Source of the DNA: Puniceicoccaceae bacterium
GTDB taxonomy: Bacteria; Verrucomicrobiota; Verrucomicrobiia; Opitutales; Oceanipulchritudinaceae
Length of the DNA: 64,000 bases
Direction of reading: 5' to 3'
Assembly (NCBI GenBank): GCA_040830495.1
Contig: JBFOMA010000001.1
Location: forward strand, 303,602-367,601
How positions within the stretch are numbered: the stretch's first letter is position 1; each line of letters opens with the position of its first letter. Positions 37,714 through 47,045 of this stretch are shown here, in pieces. The translations under genes and the position numbers were made by a program. Below the pieces are notes generated by a model. It did no database searches and had not been told where the DNA came from. It worked only from the letters and a program-made list of their open reading frames with translations.

Positions 37714-38985
37714 TCATTCGGGTGGCATAAGGCGGTCTGCCCCGAAATAGGGAATCAGCGCCTTGGGCAGAAGGACGCTTCCGTCCGCCTGCAGGTTGTT
37801 TTCAAGAAGAGCTGCGAGTACACGTGGAATTGCCAGACCGGATCCATTCAGCGTATGGACAACTTGAAGTTTGCCGTCAGGACCACGGAACCGGATGTTC
37901 GCCCGGCGAGCCTGGAAGTCTGTGAAGCAACTCGCACTGGAGACCTCCAGCCAGCGTTCCTGTCCGGCTGCCCAGACCTCAACATCGTACTGCTTGGCAT
38001 GAGGGAATCCGATATCCTTCGAGCACATCAGCAGGGTCCTGTACGGCAGTTCCAGCTGCTCGACCAGACTCTCGATGTGGGTGCGGAGGCTTTCCAACTC
38101 GGCTATGCCTTCATCCGGATGCACCCATTCCACCAGCTCCACCTTGTCGAACTGGTGAACTCGGTTCAATCCACGGACATCCTTGCCATGGCTGCCAGCT
38201 TCACGGCGGAAACACGGCGTGTAGGCACAGGCTTTCAGGGGTAGGACCGCGGGATCAAGGACCTCGTCGCGATAGAAATTGGTCACCGGAACCTCTGCGG
38301 TTGGGATCAGGTAAAAGTCATCACCGGTGGCATGGTACATCTGGCCCTCCTTGTCGGGGAGCTGTCCGGTGGCGGTTGCACTGGCTGCATTCACACACAG
38401 GGGCGGATGCATCTCCTCGAAACCCGCTCGTGTATTCTGCTGCAGGAAGAACTCCAGCAAAGCACGGACAAGGCGTGCCATCTGACCCCTGAAAACAGGC
38501 CAGCCGGCACCTGTGATCTTAGCACCGCGCTCAAGGTCCACGTAATGATTAAACCAGGGAATGTCATAATGCGGCAGAGCACTTTCTGAAAGGGACCCGA
38601 TATCTCCCCAGGTCTTGAACACAACATTATCGTCCTCAGTTTCGCCATCGGGAACACTCGGATCCGGGAGATTCGGAACCGCCATGAAGGCCGCATCCCA
38701 TTCCGTCTCCGCCTCAGCCTGCTGGGATTGGAGCGACTTGACCTCCTGCGCAATGGATCGCATTTCGGCCACTTTCTCACGGAAGGCATCGGACTTCTTG
38801 TCCAGCTTCGCCATCTCGGCATTGGCAGCCTTCTGGGCAGCGCGCTTTTCCTCAGCTTCACGAATGATCTGACGACGGCGTTCATCCAGCTCCACGAGCT
38901 CATCGATATCGCAATCGAACTTCTTACGTGCGATACCCGCGCGGACCAGGTCGAGGTTTTCACGGAAAAACTTTAGTTCCAGCAT
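37714..38985 (-). CDS. serS: Serine--tRNA ligase
   Basis: N-terminal coiled-coil arm and class II aaRS motifs 1-3. Start taken at MLELKFF inside the ORF 37714..39003. Confidence 0.9.
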   Translation of the reverse strand: MLELKFFRENLDLVRAGIARKKFDCDIDELVELDERRRQIIREAEEKRAAQKAANAEMAKLDKKSDAFREKVAEMRSIAQEVKSLQSQQAEAETEWDAAFMAVPNLPDPSVPDGETEDDNVVFKTWGDIGSLSESALPHYDIPWFNHYVDLERGAKITGAGWPVFRGQMARLVRALLEFFLQQNTRAGFEEMHPPLCVNAASATATGQLPDKEGQMYHATGDDFYLIPTAEVPVTNFYRDEVLDPAVLPLKACAYTPCFRREAGSHGKDVRGLNRVHQFDKVELVEWVHPDEGIAELESLRTHIESLVEQLELPYRTLLMCSKDIGFPHAKQYDVEVWAAGQERWLEVSSASCFTDFQARRANIRFRGPDGKLQVVHTLNGSGLAIPRVLAALLENNLQADGSVLLPKALIPYFGADRLMPPE

Positions 38986-39040
38986 AAGCGACCAAACTTG
39001 CAAATGGATGAAGCACTGGAAAGCAGAAAAGTGAAGAATA

Positions 39041-39113
39041 GAGAGTCGGCCTTTCAGGGCCGGTTTCTGTTAAGATCAGGCCTTTTCTAAACCGGCCCTG
39101 AAGGGCCGACTCT
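39041..39113. repeat. 22-bp inverted repeat in which each arm is itself a GC hairpin; bidirectional-terminator-like, upstream of serS and abutting the plsC-like stop
   Basis: gagagtcggcctttcagggccgg ... ccggccctgaagggccgactct, with one mismatch between arms. Each arm contains ggcc-N6-ggcc. Confidence 0.6.
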
Positions 39114-39923
39114 TTATTCGCCGCCTTCCACTCCAACACCCCATTGTTTCATCCTGCTCTCGATAAATTCGATGACTGCCTCGTGAGCCTGTTTATCCGA
39201 TCCTTCAATGCGAAGTGGAGCGCCAAATTCGAAGTGCACATCTTCATGGGGACGGAATGGGCCGAAGTCCTTGAACTTCTTTCCGTTGCTCCAGGCATTG
39301 GTTTTCAGCGCCAACGGGATGACTGGCACTCCTGCTCGCTTGGCCAGCTTTACACCGATCGTGTTGAAGCCTTCACGATTGAAATTATCCGACCGGGTTT
39401 TCTGTGGAAAGATGATAATTGAAGTTCCAGCCTTGAGCCGCTCCTGTCCTCCACCCATGACAGCTTTCAGGTCCTCTCGCGGATTGACCCGGCCGACAAC
39501 GATGGGATCGCGAGTTCGCATTACATGTTTGAATACCGGATAATCCATCAATGCCTGCTTGATGACGAAAGTTACGGGACAATATGGCAAAATCATGGTC
39601 GCCAGCATGAAGGTTTCCGCCGTGCTCATATGGTTTCCGATGAATACGCATGGCTCCTCCAGCTTGGCTATGTGCTCGGTCCCTTTGATGGAAATGGTTG
39701 ATCCAGTATTTTCAAAGGCATCGCGAATTAGCCATGCATCATGATACCATTCCGCATCGGTGAAATTACCCTGTTTAGCCGTCCGGGCAGCCTTGAATAC
39801 GGCACGCGAAACCCTGCAGTAAAAGGCGAGTGAAGGAAAAGCCTTGGAAAAGACGCCAACCTTGATCTCGGGCGAATCATAATCCGCGTAAGGCGGCTCG
39901 GGTAGTTTTGGAATGTCGCGCAT
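39114..39923 (-). CDS. 1-acyl-sn-glycerol-3-phosphate acyltransferase-like (LPLAT family)
   Basis: LPLAT motif I variant FIGNHMS, block III FPQKTRS and the overall PlsC-like fold. Confidence 0.75.
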   Translation of the reverse strand: MRDIPKLPEPPYADYDSPEIKVGVFSKAFPSLAFYCRVSRAVFKAARTAKQGNFTDAEWYHDAWLIRDAFENTGSTISIKGTEHIAKLEEPCVFIGNHMSTAETFMLATMILPYCPVTFVIKQALMDYPVFKHVMRTRDPIVVGRVNPREDLKAVMGGGQERLKAGTSIIIFPQKTRSDNFNREGFNTIGVKLAKRAGVPVIPLALKTNAWSNGKKFKDFGPFRPHEDVHFEFGAPLRIEGSDKQAHEAVIEFIESRMKQWGVGVEGGE

Positions 39924-40028
39924 ATTGGAGAGTACCGTATCGATGAATGTGTCTACGTTCTTGCTCTCGATCCATGTGTCGTCAACACTTCACCCGATAA
40001 TAGCGATTATACGCATCCCGACCTGTAT

Positions 40029-41042
40029 ATGGCCAAATCCAAATCCACATCCCTCTGGCGCCCTGGGAATGCCCTCATGGCACTGGGGATCCTGCTGCTG
40101 AAGTTGAGTGCCCGGATGCCCATGCCTTTGCTCCAGTTTATCGGCAAGGCGTTGGGGACTTTTGTGTACATCGTATTCCCCTACCGCAAGAGGGTTGCGC
40201 TGATCAACCTTGGCTTGTGCTTCCCGGAGCTGTCGGATAAGGAGCGTCGCCAATTGACCTACAGGCATTACCAGTCCATGGGCATGGGGATATTCGAAAT
40301 GGCTGCCGCCTGGTACAAACCGGATGAGGAGATTTTAAAATGGGGGCAGTTCAAGGGAATTGAGCATGTGGAAGCGGTTGAGGAATCGGGTCGCGGCATA
40401 CTTCTCCTGACAGCCCACTTCACTACCCTCGAGTTCTACGGCCGGTTGTTTCTGCTCAACAGGCGATTCAGCTGCATGTATCGAGAACCGAACCAAGCCA
40501 TTTTAGCCAAGGAGATGACGCGGATTCGTCTGGATCGCATGGGGCGGGTCATCCACATGGATGAAGTGAATGAATTGATCCGGGCTCTGCGGTCCAGGGA
40601 GATCGTCTGGTACGCCCCGGACCAGGGCAAAAAAATCAAGTACAGCGCAGTACTGCCATTTTTCGGAGTGCCCGCTGTCACTAACACTGCTACCGGCCGG
40701 CTTACCCGGATGGGAAAGGCGGCTGTCCTGCCATTTTTTGGCTACCGAAAACCCGACGGGACCTACCATGCGGAAGTCTTTCCCGAATTAAAGGATTTCC
40801 CTTCCGACGATCCGGAAGCGGACGCAATCCGGATCAACCAGGTTGTTGAGGAAATGATCCGCACGGCCCCCGATCAGTATTTCTGGCTTCACAAGCGATT
40901 CAAGCGCCGTGGTGAAGGCTATCCGGATGTTTATAAGAAGGACTCGGGCCCCGGGACTCTGGATCCTGGTCCTAAACGAGATAGCCAAAGCTCTAGTCCA
41001 GTGTCTAGTGTCCAGAGTCCAGAGTCCGGAAACGACAAATAA
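40029..41042 (+). CDS. lpxL: Lipid A biosynthesis lauroyl/myristoyl acyltransferase (LpxL/LpxM/HtrB family)
   Basis: HtrB-family core with an N-terminal TM helix and LLTAHFTTLEF. It lies immediately upstream of msbA. The C-terminal tail SSSPVSSVQSPESGNDK is encoded by the heptad repeat element. Confidence 0.8.
   Translation: MAKSKSTSLWRPGNALMALGILLLKLSARMPMPLLQFIGKALGTFVYIVFPYRKRVALINLGLCFPELSDKERRQLTYRHYQSMGMGIFEMAAAWYKPDEEILKWGQFKGIEHVEAVEESGRGILLLTAHFTTLEFYGRLFLLNRRFSCMYREPNQAILAKEMTRIRLDRMGRVIHMDEVNELIRALRSREIVWYAPDQGKKIKYSAVLPFFGVPAVTNTATGRLTRMGKAAVLPFFGYRKPDGTYHAEVFPELKDFPSDDPEADAIRINQVVEEMIRTAPDQYFWLHKRFKRRGEGYPDVYKKDSGPGTLDPGPKRDSQSSSPVSSVQSPESGNDK
40995..41027. repeat. Heptad repeat element forming the 3' end of the lpxL-like CDS
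   Basis: agtccagtgtctagtgtccagagtccagagtcc, encoding SPVSSVQSPES. Confidence 0.7.
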
Positions 41043-41046
41043 GAGC

Positions 41047-42801
41047 ATGGAATACAAAAGATACATCAAGCTGGCGAAGCGTCAGAAGAAGCTGCTGGCG
41101 GTCGGCATCGCGGCCGGTGCGGTGGCTGGTGCAGCAAGCGGTTTCGGTGCCCCGTTTTTTCTCGAGAAGGTCTTCAAGCGGATATTCGAGGACACGACAA
41201 CGACCTATTCCCTGACCTATGTCGCACTCATCGCAGCCCTGCTGCCGGGCGTGTTCCTCATCAGGGGCATTTCCAGCTACATCAATCAGTACTTCCTTCA
41301 GTGGACGATCCAGAATATCCTTTTGGATCTCAGGCAGCAGTTGTTCAACAAGCTACAGGTGCTCCCGGTGGTCTTTTTTGAAAAAAGAAAATCCGGCGAC
41401 CTGATGGCGAAACTGGTTGCCGACACCCTGGCAGTGCAGGAGTCGATCCTGATTGTCGCAAGGGATGCATTCATCCAGCCCTTCACTTTTTTAGCCGGCA
41501 TCAGTTACCTGGTCTATCTTTCATGGAAGCAGAGTGAGGTCGGTTTCCTGCTGCTGATCCTGATCATTGCACCCCTGATGATTGTTCCCATTGGCTTGAT
41601 CGGGAAACAACTGCGCAAGCGATCCCGCAACCTGCAGCACACGCTTGGTGAGATCACAGATGTCATGGCGGAAAACCTGCGCGGTGTTGTCGAGGTGAGA
41701 TCCTTCAACCTGCAGGAGAAGGAAAAGAGCCGCTTCCTTGCCCGCCTTCGCGACTACAACAAGTACGCCATGAAAATGGCAAAGTACTACCACATGTCAC
41801 AGCCCTTCATGGAGCTGCTTGCGGTAACCGTTGTCTCGGCGGCATTTGTCTATGCCTACCAGAAAGGGATCACCTTCTCCACCTTCATGGCGATGGGTAT
41901 GGCGCTCTACTTCAGCGCCGATGCCCTCAAGCGCCTTGTGCGGATGTTTAACGGAATCCAGAAGGCAACTGGCTCATTCGACCGGATCGAATCGGTATTG
42001 AATGAAGAGGAGACAGTACAGGATATTGAAAACCCGGTCGTGCTTCCAGCTCCACAAGGGAACCTGAAGGTGGAAGGATTGAAATTCAGTTATACGGACA
42101 ATCTTGAAGAGCCCGACCTGGATATCCCGGAATTGGAGATCCCACACGGCACTATTTGTGCATTGGTCGGACCCAGCGGTGCTGGCAAGACCACCTTCGC
42201 CAAACTGGTGCAGCGCTTTTATGATCCGAATGCGGGGAAGGTCGCGTTCGATGGCGTCGATATCCGCACGCTCCGCAAGTCGCACTTACGGGAGCAGATT
42301 GCCTTTGTGCCGCAGGCACCAGTCCTGTTCAATGGAACCATCCGCGACAACTTGATGCTGGCGCGCCCCCAGGCTTCGGAAGCGGAAATGATCGAGGCAG
42401 CACGGCAGGCACATGCGGAGGAATTCATACTTTCCCTGCCGGATGGTTATGACTCTCTGGTCGGTGAAAACGCCGTGCGTCTGAGCGGTGGCCAGCGACA
42501 GCGCCTGGCACTTGCACGCGCCTTTCTGAAGAATGCCCCAATCCTGGTGCTCGATGAGGCTACCTCCGCGCTGGATTCCGAAAGCGAAGAGAAGATCCAG
42601 CAGGCATTGCAGACTATCGCCAGGGGCAGGACCCTGCTGATCATCGCCCACCGGTTCGCCACCATTCGCATGGCGAATCACATCCTGCTTTTTGAAAAAG
42701 GTGTGATCCGCTCAAAAGGCGACTTCCCCACCATGATGGAGGATGCCCTGTTCAAGCGGCTGTATGAGGTACAGGCGGGTAACGTCCAATCAAACGAGTA
42801 A
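41047..42801 (+). CDS. msbA: Lipid A export ABC transporter permease/ATPase MsbA
   Basis: Six-TM domain plus an NBD with Walker A GPSGAGKTT, signature LSGGQRQR and Walker B ILVLDEATS. Start taken at the ATG at 41047 (MEYKRYI) inside the longer ORF from 40909. Confidence 0.85.
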   Translation: MEYKRYIKLAKRQKKLLAVGIAAGAVAGAASGFGAPFFLEKVFKRIFEDTTTTYSLTYVALIAALLPGVFLIRGISSYINQYFLQWTIQNILLDLRQQLFNKLQVLPVVFFEKRKSGDLMAKLVADTLAVQESILIVARDAFIQPFTFLAGISYLVYLSWKQSEVGFLLLILIIAPLMIVPIGLIGKQLRKRSRNLQHTLGEITDVMAENLRGVVEVRSFNLQEKEKSRFLARLRDYNKYAMKMAKYYHMSQPFMELLAVTVVSAAFVYAYQKGITFSTFMAMGMALYFSADALKRLVRMFNGIQKATGSFDRIESVLNEEETVQDIENPVVLPAPQGNLKVEGLKFSYTDNLEEPDLDIPELEIPHGTICALVGPSGAGKTTFAKLVQRFYDPNAGKVAFDGVDIRTLRKSHLREQIAFVPQAPVLFNGTIRDNLMLARPQASEAEMIEAARQAHAEEFILSLPDGYDSLVGENAVRLSGGQRQRLALARAFLKNAPILVLDEATSALDSESEEKIQQALQTIARGRTLLIIAHRFATIRMANHILLFEKGVIRSKGDFPTMMEDALFKRLYEVQAGNVQSNE

Positions 42802-42900
42802 TGACACAGACAGGCGGGACGCCTGCAACACAGTGTAACAGGCCTCTGGCCTGTTTGTGTTCAGATTAGCACAGACAGGCGGGACGCCGCCTGTCACACC
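42802..42900. repeat. REP-like hairpin cluster (GACAGGC...GCCTGTC family) between convergent msbA and the hypothetical gene
   Basis: Hairpins caggcgggacgcctg, aacaggcctctggcctgtt and gacaggcgggacgccgcctgtc. They share the flanks cacagacagg / cctgtcacacc with the 57.4-kb repeats. Confidence 0.7.
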
Positions 42901-44040
42901 TTACTTGGGCTGACCGACGTAGGGACCTGTTTCGTTCGGGACGAACTCGATCCGCTCGACATCCTTGATACCTGGATACTTGAGCTTGGTCTCAAGCAGA
43001 GCCTGGTCATTCAAATGCGTGACAAATGCTTCTGTTTTCCAAACCCCGAATCGCGGCGAGTATGCGAACAGGCGATTACCGACATTGAACAGCAGAATAC
43101 TGGCTTGGTTTTTCAGGTTCCATAACAGGATACCCTTCCTGTAGTGGAAAATCACCTTCTGCGACCAGCGTGGGGCAACCAGCGCCTTTGCCAACTGGAC
43201 GTGTTCATCAACGGTATACCCTCCCAGTTCCTTCATGACATTTGCCCAGGTAAATTCGTACTTGGTCTTGCCGAAGTTCTCACCGGGGCCCATGGCCAAT
43301 TCCGCATCCTGGTGAGGATTGGGATCTACGTAGGCCTGATAGACCAGACGCACCAGATCCTTCTGGTCACGATCGCGCTGGGAACTCAATACTGGAGCGA
43401 TTCGGCCTGCTGGAATAGTGATGAATTCAAGAGTCTCTTCCGTGAATCCATCTTCCTCACCACCGCTGAAATCCTGAAAGTCGTAGTAGTATTCCTCTTC
43501 CTCAGGAAAGATGGTCTCCACATAGCTCTCGGCGAACTGGTAAAGCACCGTGCTCTTTGTGCGATCTTCGTAGCGAATAGGAACGACGAAGCGACGGTCC
43601 GCCTCTTTCTCGGCTACGGGATCGTATCCATACATGACGTTGTTATACATGTACAGGCACAGCCACTTGATATAGCGGCGTTCATAGCCATCGATTACGG
43701 GAAAATTCAGCAACCCCGCCCACTTGTGTGGACCAGGCACAATGCTCTGGTTGTAGCGGTCCATGAATTCGAGCGCGAGAATCAGGTCGCCACGTGGAAG
43801 TTCCGGAACATCATAGTAGCTGAACTGCGGTGTCTCGTACCTGAACAGGGGATTGAAGCCCGTATCGCTGTAGATTACCTCGTAATCCTCCAGCTCGAAC
43901 AAGGGCAGTTCCTTCATGTCCGTGGCATCCTGAGCGGAAGCAATACTTCCGAAGATAGCCATCAGCAGGCTGATCAGAACAAATGGTTTTCTCAAACCGG
44001 GATTGATGCGGTGGCTATTAGCAAAGTTATTAGCTGTCAT
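42901..44040 (-). CDS. Hypothetical secreted protein (379 aa), no recognised domain
   Basis: Long ORF with good coding statistics, an N-terminal signal peptide and Tyr/acidic-rich composition (EEEYYYDFQDFSGGEEDGF). No family recognised by eye. Confidence 0.55.
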   Translation of the reverse strand: MTANNFANSHRINPGLRKPFVLISLLMAIFGSIASAQDATDMKELPLFELEDYEVIYSDTGFNPLFRYETPQFSYYDVPELPRGDLILALEFMDRYNQSIVPGPHKWAGLLNFPVIDGYERRYIKWLCLYMYNNVMYGYDPVAEKEADRRFVVPIRYEDRTKSTVLYQFAESYVETIFPEEEEYYYDFQDFSGGEEDGFTEETLEFITIPAGRIAPVLSSQRDRDQKDLVRLVYQAYVDPNPHQDAELAMGPGENFGKTKYEFTWANVMKELGGYTVDEHVQLAKALVAPRWSQKVIFHYRKGILLWNLKNQASILLFNVGNRLFAYSPRFGVWKTEAFVTHLNDQALLETKLKYPGIKDVERIEFVPNETGPYVGQPK

Positions 44041-44214
44041 GGTCTTTGGTTAAGTTTTCTAATGTATTCTGAACGATTTCGCCAAAAGCAATTCTCAAAT
44101 ACAAGGGCCAGTCATACTCCCTTGGGAACAAATACGGTTGCGACATGTCATCTTTTTAAGAATAATTTGAATAAAACTGATCGGTTCGCGTTAAACCCAT
44201 CAGGAGATTATATT

Positions 44215-44676
44215 ATGAAATCACTCAAAGCAGTAATCCTTTTAGCCGTTATCGCGGTCCTGGCAACTGGTTGCCAGACCACCAGCCAGGGAAGCCGTAC
44301 CTACACGCGCGGCGAGGCCCAGAAGCCCCTGCAGGTGACGTACGGCACTGTCATGTCCGTTGCTGAGGTGACGATTGAAACTGAGGAAACCGGAGCAGGC
44401 ACCCTGGTCGGTGGTATTGTCGGTGGGATCGTCGGATCCACCATCGGTGATGGAGACGGACAGAAACTCGCCACTGCTGGTGGCGTGTTACTCGGATCAG
44501 CCGTTGGCTCTGCAACCGAAAAAGGAATGGGGACCAAAGCCGCCCTCGAACTGGAAGTGGAGCTCGACAACGGTGAAGTCCTAGTGGTCGTCCAGGAAAA
44601 GGATGATGTATTCCATCCAGGCGACCGCATCCGCGTCATCGAGACCAGCTACGGCCGCATGCGGGTGAGGCATTAA
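44215..44676 (+). CDS. Glycine-zipper (SlyB/Pcp-like) outer-membrane lipoprotein
   Basis: Follows the RBS aggag. Lipobox LATGC, Gly-zipper GGIVGGIVGSTIG...GGVLLGSAVG. This is the C-terminal part of the spurious 510-aa ORF 43144..44676. Confidence 0.7.
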   Translation: MKSLKAVILLAVIAVLATGCQTTSQGSRTYTRGEAQKPLQVTYGTVMSVAEVTIETEETGAGTLVGGIVGGIVGSTIGDGDGQKLATAGGVLLGSAVGSATEKGMGTKAALELEVELDNGEVLVVVQEKDDVFHPGDRIRVIETSYGRMRVRH

Positions 44677-44684
44677 TTATTAAG

Positions 44685-44801
44685 GACGCTGGACACTGGA
44701 CGCTGGACACTGGACTGAGTCCAGGGTCTGTTGCTCTAGTCCAGAGTCGCGAGTCCAGGGTCTCGAGTCAGAAAATGAAATCCCACAAGGATTTCATTTT
44801 C
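44685..44801. repeat. Heptad tandem repeats (GGACNCT)n followed by inverted copies (AGNGTCC)n, forming a long imperfect hairpin, followed by a 13-bp-stem terminator hairpin
   Basis: ggacgctggacactggacgctggacactggactgagtccagggtct...agtccagagtcgcgagtccagggtctcgagtc, then gaaaatgaaatcc-cacaa-ggatttcattttc. Confidence 0.75.
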
Positions 44802-44923
44802 TTCTAAACAAACCCAGTAACCATGCGGGTTCGCGGACCGCCAGTCGGCGACGCATACGGTTCTGTTGGACAAATCACGGATTGCCTCTAAATCCCGGAA
44901 AGATAAGTATTCAGACCGATCCC

Positions 44924-47032
44924 ATGTCCACTGCACCAGAAAACCACCAAACCACCAAACCGGAAACCTTCGACACTATCCCGCAGGAGATCCTCGATCG
45001 CCTGACCCGGGTCGACATGCCCAAGGTGAAGGGAATTGATCCGGCTCCGGAATGTCTGGAGATATCCGGTACCCAGATTCCCGTCTACAGCTGCGAAGCG
45101 CTGGTCCTGGGTTCCGGCGCAGCCGGCATGAGGGCGGCAGTTGAATTGAAGCGCCGGGAGATTGATGTACTCGTTGCAAGTACCGGCCTGTATGCGGGCA
45201 CATCCGCTTGCTCGGGATCCGACAAGCAGACCCTCTACACCGCCAGCACCGACTACAAGGGCGACAATTTCGTCGAGTATGCCAAAAGCCTGTGTGCCGG
45301 TGGCGGGATGAACTTTTCGACCGCCTATGTTGAGGCAGTTGGCTCCATTGACGCCCTCGGTGGCTTGCAGTTCATGGGACTTCCCCTGCCCCACGATGAC
45401 AATGGAGCGATCCTACGCTACCAGACCGACCACGATGAGGCCGGGCGGGCGACAAGTTGCGGCCCCCGTACTTCAAAACTGATGGTCAAGGTGCTGTTTG
45501 ACGAGGCCATCAATCTCGGTATCCGGATCCTGCCAAGTTGCAGCGGCCTGAGGATCGTAAAGGAAGTAAAGGATGGCCGGGAACGCGTTTGCGGACTGAT
45601 CGCAGTCCACCGTCCGGAGGAGAGAAATCCCTACGGCCTTATATACATCAAGTGCCAGGACCTCGTGATTGCAACAGGCGGCCCGGGCGAGCTTTACCGT
45701 GATTCTGTTTACCCACACCATTGCTACGGTGGCCTGGGACTCGCCCTCGAGGCAGGAATCGGGCTCTGCAATGTCACGGAAAGCCAATTTGGCATCGGCA
45801 CCCCGAGAACAACATTCCCGTGGAACCTGTCCGGCACCTACGTGCAAGTCATGCCGCGGGTATACTCGGTTGATGAGGACGGCAACGAACTGAATTTCCT
45901 GGCACAGTATTACCGCACGACGCGCGAGATGGTTTCCAATACCTTCCGCAAGGGATACCAGTGGCCTTATCACTCCACGCGAATGCTCGATTATGGTTCC
46001 AGCCTGTTCGACTTGGCGGTCTACCTTGAGAGTCAGGCCGGCCGCAAGGTATACCTCGACTTCCTGCGCAATCCCGATCCTGTGAATCCAGACGAGTCCT
46101 TCTCTCTCGAAGAGCTTGATCCGGATGTGCGGGCCTACCTGGAAAACAACGAGGCCCTGCAGGAGCTCCCCATCGACCGTCTTCGCCGGATGAATCCCCT
46201 GGCTATTGAGCTCTACCGCATGCATGGCACTGACCTGTGCAAGGAACCGCTCGAATTTGCCATGAACAATCAGCACATGAACGGCGGTATCCTTATCGAC
46301 GATTGGGGTCGGACCTCCCTAAGTGGTTGCTATTCAATAGGTGAAGCCGCTGGAAGTCATGGCGTAACGCGCCCGGGAGGCGCTGCTCTCAATTCCGGCC
46401 AGGTATTCGGCAAGCGGGTTGCAGTTGCAATCAAGCGTTCACATGTGGGCCAACTGCGGGCGGTATCCGATAACGATAACGCTGTTGAGGCCCTGCAGGA
46501 ATTCCTTGCAGAGGCAAGGAGGTTCACTGAGGGAGACTCGGGTTTGAAAACCAGTGAGGTTAAGGAGCAGATCCAGGCAAGGATGAGCGAGTCTGCCGGG
46601 ATTATTTGCACCCAGGTTGCAGTGGAAATTGCTTTGGGAGAAGCCCGCGCACTGCGTGCACGAATTGCAGACTCCGGCTTGAGGGTAAGTTCGCCTGCTT
46701 CCGTTAGCCAAGCCTTCCGATGGAAGCAGATGGCTGTGGTCTCGGAGGCCGTGCTCACGGCTCTTGATCATTACATTAAAAATGGCGGCGGCAGCCGTGG
46801 TGCACGCGCGATCTGCTCACCAGACGGCACCCAATGCCCGGAAGCGAAAGAGGTCGATCTCAGCCGCTTCCGTTTCATCGAGGAGCAGGAAAAGGACAAG
46901 CTCGAGAAACTGATCGTTGTCCCCGGTGAAAACGGATTCAGCATACAAAGCCTCCCAGTAGACATGACACCGGAAGTGACCCGCGAATTCTTCGAGAAAG
47001 GCTGGGGTCCTTATTTGATCAAAGAGGGCTGA
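44924..47032 (+). CDS. FAD-binding protein of the fumarate reductase / succinate dehydrogenase flavoprotein superfamily (function unknown)
   Basis: N-terminal dinucleotide-binding motif ALVLGSGAAGMRAA and a C-terminal FAD-fold segment (GGILIDDWGRTSLSGCYSIGEAAGSHG). Start taken at the ATG at 44924. Confidence 0.7.
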   Translation: MSTAPENHQTTKPETFDTIPQEILDRLTRVDMPKVKGIDPAPECLEISGTQIPVYSCEALVLGSGAAGMRAAVELKRREIDVLVASTGLYAGTSACSGSDKQTLYTASTDYKGDNFVEYAKSLCAGGGMNFSTAYVEAVGSIDALGGLQFMGLPLPHDDNGAILRYQTDHDEAGRATSCGPRTSKLMVKVLFDEAINLGIRILPSCSGLRIVKEVKDGRERVCGLIAVHRPEERNPYGLIYIKCQDLVIATGGPGELYRDSVYPHHCYGGLGLALEAGIGLCNVTESQFGIGTPRTTFPWNLSGTYVQVMPRVYSVDEDGNELNFLAQYYRTTREMVSNTFRKGYQWPYHSTRMLDYGSSLFDLAVYLESQAGRKVYLDFLRNPDPVNPDESFSLEELDPDVRAYLENNEALQELPIDRLRRMNPLAIELYRMHGTDLCKEPLEFAMNNQHMNGGILIDDWGRTSLSGCYSIGEAAGSHGVTRPGGAALNSGQVFGKRVAVAIKRSHVGQLRAVSDNDNAVEALQEFLAEARRFTEGDSGLKTSEVKEQIQARMSESAGIICTQVAVEIALGEARALRARIADSGLRVSSPASVSQAFRWKQMAVVSEAVLTALDHYIKNGGGSRGARAICSPDGTQCPEAKEVDLSRFRFIEEQEKDKLEKLIVVPGENGFSIQSLPVDMTPEVTREFFEKGWGPYLIKEG

Positions 47033-47045
47033 AGTCCGGTAATCG

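Noticed and set aside
43144-44676. 510-aa ORF on the plus strand
   Set aside because: The first about 350 codons are antisense to the better-supported 379-aa secreted protein gene. Only the last 153 codons, from the ATG at 44215 preceded by an RBS, form a coherent lipoprotein.
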